Assembly (NCBI GenBank): GCA_046540175.1
Contig: JBKHFO010000001.1
Coordinates: 9,936 to 73,935, forward strand
Length of the DNA stretch: 64,000 bases
From: Candidatus Hydrogenedentota bacterium
Lineage (GTDB): Bacteria; Hydrogenedentota; Hydrogenedentia; Hydrogenedentales; SLHB01
Reading direction: 5' to 3'
Shown: positions 60,030 through 64,000 of the stretch, in pieces
How positions within the stretch are numbered: position 1 is the stretch's first letter
Layout of the letters: every line of letters begins with the position of its first letter
The notes under the pieces: model-generated
The model's database searches: none
Seen by the model: only the letters and a program-made list of their open reading frames with translations
Told to the model about the DNA's origin: nothing
Made by a program: the position numbers and the translations under genes

Positions 60030-61012
60030 GGCACGGGTACGGTGTCTAGTATGCGCCGAATGATATGCTCGCTGGTCAACTCCTCGGCTTCCGCCTCGTA
60101 GGTGACGATCACGCGATGGCGCAGGATGTCCATCGCCACCTGTTTAACGTCATTGGGAAACACGTTGCCTTCGCCCTGTAGGAACGCCAAGGCGCGCGCG
60201 GCTTGGTGCAAATAGAGCGTTGCGCGGGGCGAGGCCCCGTATTCAATAAGATGCCCGAGATCCAAGCCGAACGCTTGAGGGTTCCGCGTGGCCTGCACCA
60301 CATCCACGATGTAATTCTTGGCCTTGTCGTCGACGTAGATCTGGTTGACCAATTGACGGGCGCGCAGAATCTGGTCCCGGGTTACCGCGGGTTTGACCGG
60401 CGCGTCATACAACAAATCCACCCGGTCCATCATCTCGCGCTCTTCCGCGCGGGTAGGGTAGCTGACCTTCAGCTTGAACATGAACCGGTCCACCTGGGCC
60501 TCGGGCAAGGGATAGGTCCCTTCCTGCTCGATAGGATTCTGGGTGGCCAGCACCATGAACGGCTCTTCCATGGCGTACGTTGTGTCCGCGATGGTCACTT
60601 GACGTTCTTGCATGGCCTCGAGCAGTGCGCTTTGCACCTTGGCCGGCGCGCGGTTTACTTCGTCGGCCAGGATAATATGCCCAAAAATCGGGCCTTTCTT
60701 GGTAGTGAAAGAGCTATCGCGCGGATTATAGATCTGGGTGCCGATGAGGTCGGCGGGAAGGAGATCCGGGGTGAACTGGATCCGGCAAAAATTGCATTCG
60801 ATGGCTTGGGCGAGGGTCTTGACCGCGGTCGTCTTGGCCAAACCCGGCACGCCCTCAATAAGAATGTGGCCGTTGGCGAGGATCCCCGCCAACAGCCTAT
60901 CTATCATATATTGCTGCCCAACGATCACCTGAGCGATTTCGGCTCGAAGGCGGGCAACAAAGTCAGCCTCGGCTTCAACGCGGCTACGGATTGCTTCTAC
61001 CGAAACAGCCAT
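60026..61012 (-). CDS. moxR: MoxR-family AAA+ ATPase
   Basis: IVGQQYMIDRLLAGILANGHILIEGVPGLAKT (Walker A), ILADEVNRAP (Walker B), sensor motifs. Confidence 0.9.
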   Translation of the reverse strand: MAVSVEAIRSRVEAEADFVARLRAEIAQVIVGQQYMIDRLLAGILANGHILIEGVPGLAKTTAVKTLAQAIECNFCRIQFTPDLLPADLIGTQIYNPRDSSFTTKKGPIFGHIILADEVNRAPAKVQSALLEAMQERQVTIADTTYAMEEPFMVLATQNPIEQEGTYPLPEAQVDRFMFKLKVSYPTRAEEREMMDRVDLLYDAPVKPAVTRDQILRARQLVNQIYVDDKAKNYIVDVVQATRNPQAFGLDLGHLIEYGASPRATLYLHQAARALAFLQGEGNVFPNDVKQVAMDILRHRVIVTYEAEAEELTSEHIIRRILDTVPVP

Positions 61013-61689
61013 GCGACTTCCTCCTTAGTGCGATCCCGCAAAACCATGCGAACGTAGCGCTTCGGGATATGTTGCGTCCATTCCTGAATCGCCGCCCCGC
61101 CTGCCGTTTTGGAGAGGGCAAGGGCGGGCTGGGCGGGGTGAAACCGCCTCGGGGAAAGCGGCCACCCGCCCAGCCCTGTGCTGAGGAGGAGGAAGAAAAT
61201 GAAGAAGAAACAAAGTATCCTGTCGCCGCCAGGGACCCAGGCAAGGGTTCGATCGGGGTTCACGCTGAGCGTGAGTGGGGCAGCCCTGAGAGTGGGGAGG
61301 AGGGGGGTCAGGGCTTTCGGGGTGCGTTGCGGGTGCGGGGGCCCCTGGCGGCTTAGGAAAACCGTCAACAATCGGAGCGTCAGGAGCGGTGCAAGCGCCT
61401 GCGTCTTCCGTTATTGATTCAACTGTCGGCATACCTGTCGTTCCGAGGGCGCCTGCGCCTCTCTTCGACGTGGTTTGCAGAGAACGGGGCGCGGCGCCGG
61501 GAGCGTTGGGCTCGAACTGTTGATATGTCGTCGCCGTGCCGTTCATGCTTATTAAGTAGCAACCACCGTGCCAACCGAGCGCCGTTTCATAAATGCTTGT
61601 GTGTGAGGGACTTGGCGATTTGCGCACAAAATGGGGCGCGCCTCATTTAGGGCATGGCGTTTCTTTTGAGTCTTATCTGAGGCATGAGG

Positions 61690-61883
61690 CGGCCGGACCG
61701 CCGGCATCTTGCCGGCTTTCAGATACAATTCCCCCTTCGAAGGGGAATTATAAGGGAAGGTCCCCCTTGCTCCCCCGAAGGGGGAAGCGTATCGCCGTCT
61801 TCCAGGCCGCCTATGTGGCGGCACGATGCCGGCGGTCCGAACAATTCCCCCTTTGAGGGGTGGCCCGCAGGGCCGGGGGATGT
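61690..61883. repeat. GC-hairpin repeat family, long copy B
   Basis: 61802-61883 is about 85% identical to 9621-9709. Contains CCCCCTTCGAAGGGG, CCCCCGAAGGGGG and CCCCCTTTGAGGGG hairpins. Confidence 0.55.
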
Positions 61884-62043
61884 ACACAACCTGCACGCCA
61901 ATCTATCCGGCCATCCGGGAACCCGGCTGTCCATTGTAAACTGGGCGGGGAGCGTGGTACTATCTTATTAACCCGTGCGGAGGCGGGATACGGCTTGTTG
62001 CCCCGAACCATGTAGGGAAGGCAAGCCCGCCGCTCCATCAAGA

Positions 62044-62085
62044 AGGATTTCCCCTTTGAAGGGGGAGGAAGCGGGAGGTCCCTAA
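62044..62085. repeat. GC-hairpin repeat family, short copy (TTCCCCTTTGAAGGGGG)
   Basis: GATTTCCCCTTTGAAGGGGGAGGAAGCGGGAGGTCCC matches 9661-9700. Confidence 0.4.
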
Positions 62086-62109
62086 GCAGGCCACCGCCCG
62101 GAGTTGTGA

Positions 62110-62138
62110 TTGACACATGGATAACGCTATGCTATAAC
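62110..62138 (+). promoter_or_regulatory. Sigma70-like promoter
   Basis: TTGACA, 17-nt spacer, TATAAC. It lies about 260 nt upstream of the GTG at 62399. Confidence 0.4.
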
Positions 62139-62398
62139 GTCACTTGCATCGTGGACGGAAGGGCGCCGTTGTGCGCGCCCTAGGGTCGAACCGGTGTGAT
62201 GACCTGGGAAGGGAATTGGGGAGATTTCCAGACAACGTGGGGATACGAATGAGAACAGGTGATCAGCCCGTCGCAGGCCGGCCCTTGAAGGCTGGCGGCC
62301 CTCTCAAGGAGGGCGTTCATTCCTATTGTATGGTTTCGGCTCTCGGCGCTTCGTCGCGTTCGGGGGCCTTTTTGGCGTTCGGTTGGAGGTGGTCCACC

Positions 62399-64000
62399 GT
62401 GTTTAAGAACAGCTTTGCTCCATTTCGCACCCTCTGTCTTGTCCTGGCTCTCTTTGCCGCCGGCGTGCTCGGTTTCGCCGGTCAAGCGCATGCCCAGGTA
62501 GACGGGACACAAGTGGTGCCGGAAGATGCAGACATTTTCGGGGCCACGATAGAGCCCTTCAATCTCATCGACGATGAGCATGCCTTGATGCCGTTGCACG
62601 ACTGGCAGGGGATGTTTGGGTTCACCATGTCGTACAGTCCCGACGAGCCGGCCCCCCGGCAACTCGCCTCATTCCAGTACACGGTGGTGGGCGATAAAGT
62701 GGACGAGCGTGACTGGGACCGCTTCAACGTGCCCCGATCCGAGGACATCCTGGAGTGGGGGCTGTTCATTAATGTGGAGGGTGAACAGGAACTGAACGAA
62801 AACTGCAATCTAATTCTTACGTGGGACGCCCAGGGCGAACCCTGGGGCGAGTTGGTATCCGATTCGCCTGGGTTCCTACAGTACGAGATGGACTTTTTCG
62901 AGTTGTTTGAAGAAGAATGGGACTGGTCGCAGTATTTTTCAGAACCCACGCCGGAACCTTCGTGGCCCTCGGCGTCTGCCGATCCCGGCAACACCTACAT
63001 CATCGCGGTCCGCACGTCGTCGGTATGGCGCAACGGAACAACCATGTCATACAACTTTGACCACGGCGTGATGCGTACGCCTGAAGGCGTAATTTGGGTT
63101 GATGATGACGGCAACCTCATTGACGGCTATCCAGACGGCGTAGAGACGCCGGGCGACATCCTTGATGAAGCCTTCATCGACGAGGAAGTGGCGTGGAGTT
63201 CCAGTTTTGGCGCCTACGACATGACCGGGATCGGGAGGAGTGAGGCTACCGAATACGACATTTCCGACTATAACCGCTGGTCCTATTCGCGCCGGGAATA
63301 CACGCCTCTGACGGGGCAGACCCGCTTCCGCTGGGATATCCCGGGACAAGTCATAGATTTCGTAACCGGCGAATGGCTGGACCAGCGCCCCGTGATGCCC
63401 CTTGAGCAGTGGCTGCCCGTTGTGGGGTTGAATATACACTCCGCCAACCCGCCGCAATTAGGCGTATCGGAACGGGAAAGCCTGGGCATCGACGCGCAAG
63501 AGCCCCAGGGACAAGCCGATCTGGTTGAGGTGAACCTTATACTGACCGATGAGGGAGGCGACCCTCACGGCCCGCCGGGCAATGGCGGCTTTGATCCGCG
63601 CACGGCGCTCGATCCGTTCACTGCCAGCCACTTGGGAGGGATGCCCCCGGAAGCCGAAGGATTGGATTTTGTCTTTAATGGCGCCAATGTCTTTCACGAC
63701 ACCACGGACACGGCATTGTTTGACCCGCCGGACCAAACCCCCGACGACGGGGTGCTTCTGAACGATTTCCCGTTGATGCCCTATGGCGCTGACGCCAACT
63801 TGGATCTGACCGATCCCTATAAACCGGAGTGGGAGTACATTCCCTTCCCGCCGGGCGGCGGCGATCCTTGGTGGAAGGTCAGGCTCCTATTCCGCGGCGG
63901 TATCCGGCGCCCCGAGCTGGACGCCACCCCAACGGGCATGATCGATCCCATACCGAACGTGGTTGACGATGATGAGCCTTCGTCGGTTCAGCACGACTAC
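62399..64000 (+). CDS. Secreted hypothetical protein (GTG start; 3' end lies beyond the window edge), acidic with Asp-rich loops
   Basis: Open frame from GTG 62399 (GGAGGTGG 9 nt upstream) to the window end. Signal VFKNSFAPFRTLCLVLALFAAGVLGFAGQAHA. DDDGNLIDGYPDG. Not in the ORF track because no stop falls in the window. Confidence 0.65.
   Translation, partial: MFKNSFAPFRTLCLVLALFAAGVLGFAGQAHAQVDGTQVVPEDADIFGATIEPFNLIDDEHALMPLHDWQGMFGFTMSYSPDEPAPRQLASFQYTVVGDKVDERDWDRFNVPRSEDILEWGLFINVEGEQELNENCNLILTWDAQGEPWGELVSDSPGFLQYEMDFFELFEEEWDWSQYFSEPTPEPSWPSASADPGNTYIIAVRTSSVWRNGTTMSYNFDHGVMRTPEGVIWVDDDGNLIDGYPDGVETPGDILDEAFIDEEVAWSSSFGAYDMTGIGRSEATEYDISDYNRWSYSRREYTPLTGQTRFRWDIPGQVIDFVTGEWLDQRPVMPLEQWLPVVGLNIHSANPPQLGVSERESLGIDAQEPQGQADLVEVNLILTDEGGDPHGPPGNGGFDPRTALDPFTASHLGGMPPEAEGLDFVFNGANVFHDTTDTALFDPPDQTPDDGVLLNDFPLMPYGADANLDLTDPYKPEWEYIPFPPGGGDPWWKVRLLFRGGIRRPELDATPTGMIDPIPNVVDDDEPSSVQHDY

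Noticed and set aside
61025-61627. 200-aa low-complexity ORF in the moxR upstream region
   Set aside because: It is Pro/Gly/Ala-rich, with no Shine-Dalgarno and no domain signal. It overlaps the repeat elements, so it is more likely non-coding.

Overview
This is a 64 kb, high-GC (about 64-66%) bacterial chromosomal segment that is gene-dense on both strands. Read from the sequence, it carries housekeeping genes: rsmA/ksgA, ispH, rpsT, hemE, clpX, lon, engB, an htrA-like gene, glnD, and a queE-queD-queF queuosine cluster next to a periplasmic Bcp-type peroxiredoxin. It also carries one tRNA-Ser(GGA). There are two histidine kinases with no adjacent response regulator. There is a PocR-like AraC regulator next to an isolated GspE/PilB-family ATPase, with no other pilus or secretion genes around it, whose N-terminus holds two MshEN-like motifs. 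A complete 8-gene Bat/MoxR (moxR-DUF58-batA..E) operon is present. Many Sec/Tat-secreted proteins occur (right-handed beta-helix, FG-GAP beta-propellers, a metallophosphoesterase, M20/M20D/M28 peptidases). One is a penicillin-acylase-family Ntn hydrolase with a roughly 550-aa acidic repeat extension. Another pair are tandem paralogs built from carboxypeptidase-regulatory-like repeats that end in thioredoxin-like domains lacking the CxxC motif. Non-coding features include three short repeat families (a GC-hairpin 'CCCCTTTGAAGGGG' family, a 130-bp MITE-like element in two inverted copies, and a 25-bp-TIR AT-rich element upstream of lon). There is also a diverged duplication of the glnD 3' end flanking a lower-GC sialate-O-acetylesterase-like gene, and several long structured leaders. 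No CRISPR array, integrase, transposase or rRNA was seen. The ORF track lists the most-upstream ATG/GTG/TTG start, so several starts were trimmed to the first start with a Shine-Dalgarno-like motif. Many long antisense ORFs are GC artefacts and were rejected.
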